Below are positions 63,282 through 64,000 of a DNA stretch of 64,000 nt, piece after piece. The notes beneath the pieces were generated by a model that was not told the DNA's origin, did not search any database, and was given only the letters and a program-made list of their open reading frames with translations. The stretch's first letter is position 1. Each line of letters starts with the position of its first letter. A program made the position numbers and the translations under genes. Source of the stretch: Gekko japonicus (lineage: Eukaryota); NCBI RefSeq assembly GCF_001447785.1, contig NW_015164664.1:2584536-2648535 (forward strand), read 5' to 3'.

Positions 63282-63902
63282 GTTCAGCTTGGCAGACTTG
63301 GAAGTGTGAGGCTGTGAGCATCATGGCTGGGAGGACTAGATGAGTTAAATGTTGTAAGACATTTTATCAGACTCTTGTGAAAACTACCTTTATTTTTGGT
63401 TAGGGTAGACATGCCATGAAGAATGCTTCATTCATTGGCCAAGAATGAGCTCATAACTTGCCTAGCTTGAAAACGAGAAAAAAAATTGAAGCTGTGTTTT
63501 GGCTACACATAATTGGTTACTAGCTTGTCAATTTTAATTACACCAATATTTTTTAAAAATCTATCAAACAGAATCAAGTAACAGTTTAAGAAACAAAGTC
63601 AGCAAATGCCACACAGAATCCCTCATTTATGGACTTGCCACTTCCAGCATTATCCAGAGGAGGTGCACAGTGGATTCTCTTAGCAGTGGATTCTAGGCCT
63701 GGTTCAGAAATGCAGAATAAGGTTACAGAGATCCGAGGTGCAGAATGGACTGTATCGCTTGATAACTCCAGTTGCTGGATGCCACCTTTGGATATTCCTT
63801 TACAAAAACCAAACAAAAACTTCTTGTTTACAGAGCAGTAAAACATCAGGGAGAATGTTCTCCCCTCTCAGTATACTTGGAATACTGGTTTTCTACTTCT
63901 AA

Positions 63903-64000
63903 CCCTGACCTAGATGGCCTAGGCTAGCCTGATCTCATCTGATTTTGAAAGCTAAGCAGGGTCAGCAGCCCTGGATAGTATGGGGTGGGAGGCCACCGAG
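63903..64000 (+). mobile_element. 5S rRNA-derived SINE, runs off window end
   Basis: GCCTGATCTCATCTGATTTTGAAAGCTAAGCAGGGTCAG resembles 5S; same leader as 26550. Confidence 0.65.

Overview
Vertebrate (squamate, probably gecko, judged from the SINE/BovB/Penelope repeat spectrum) genomic DNA with seven intron-containing protein-coding genes, all on the + strand: the 3' part of an SLC2A11(GLUT11)-like transporter (201-6701), MIF (8291-11368), DDX51 (15258-28829), three tandem theta-class glutathione S-transferases (30405-37247, 43689-51325, 53197-59739) and DDT (60274-62712). Exons were delimited by hand from GT/AG sites and reading-frame continuity; almost all ORFs in the supplied track are incidental. 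Introns carry many repeats: a Helitron, BovB/RTE, L1, CR1, a solo LTR, hAT MITEs, tRNA- and 5S-derived SINEs, and Penelope-derived palindromes with hammerhead-like cores. There is an 80-N gap at 40082-40161. Most notable: (i) a 7SK RNA 5' segment joined directly to a Penelope/hammerhead-like tail; (ii) a GSTT paralogue with an extra 57-nt exon and a remodelled glutathione-binding site; (iii) a 689-bp tandem duplication of a frame-preserving GSTT exon, which may be an assembly artefact; (iv) an 80-bp-arm hairpin, a TPGRL->TPGHL motif change and a duplicated splice acceptor in DDX51. All homology calls are from memory of the families, not from database searches.
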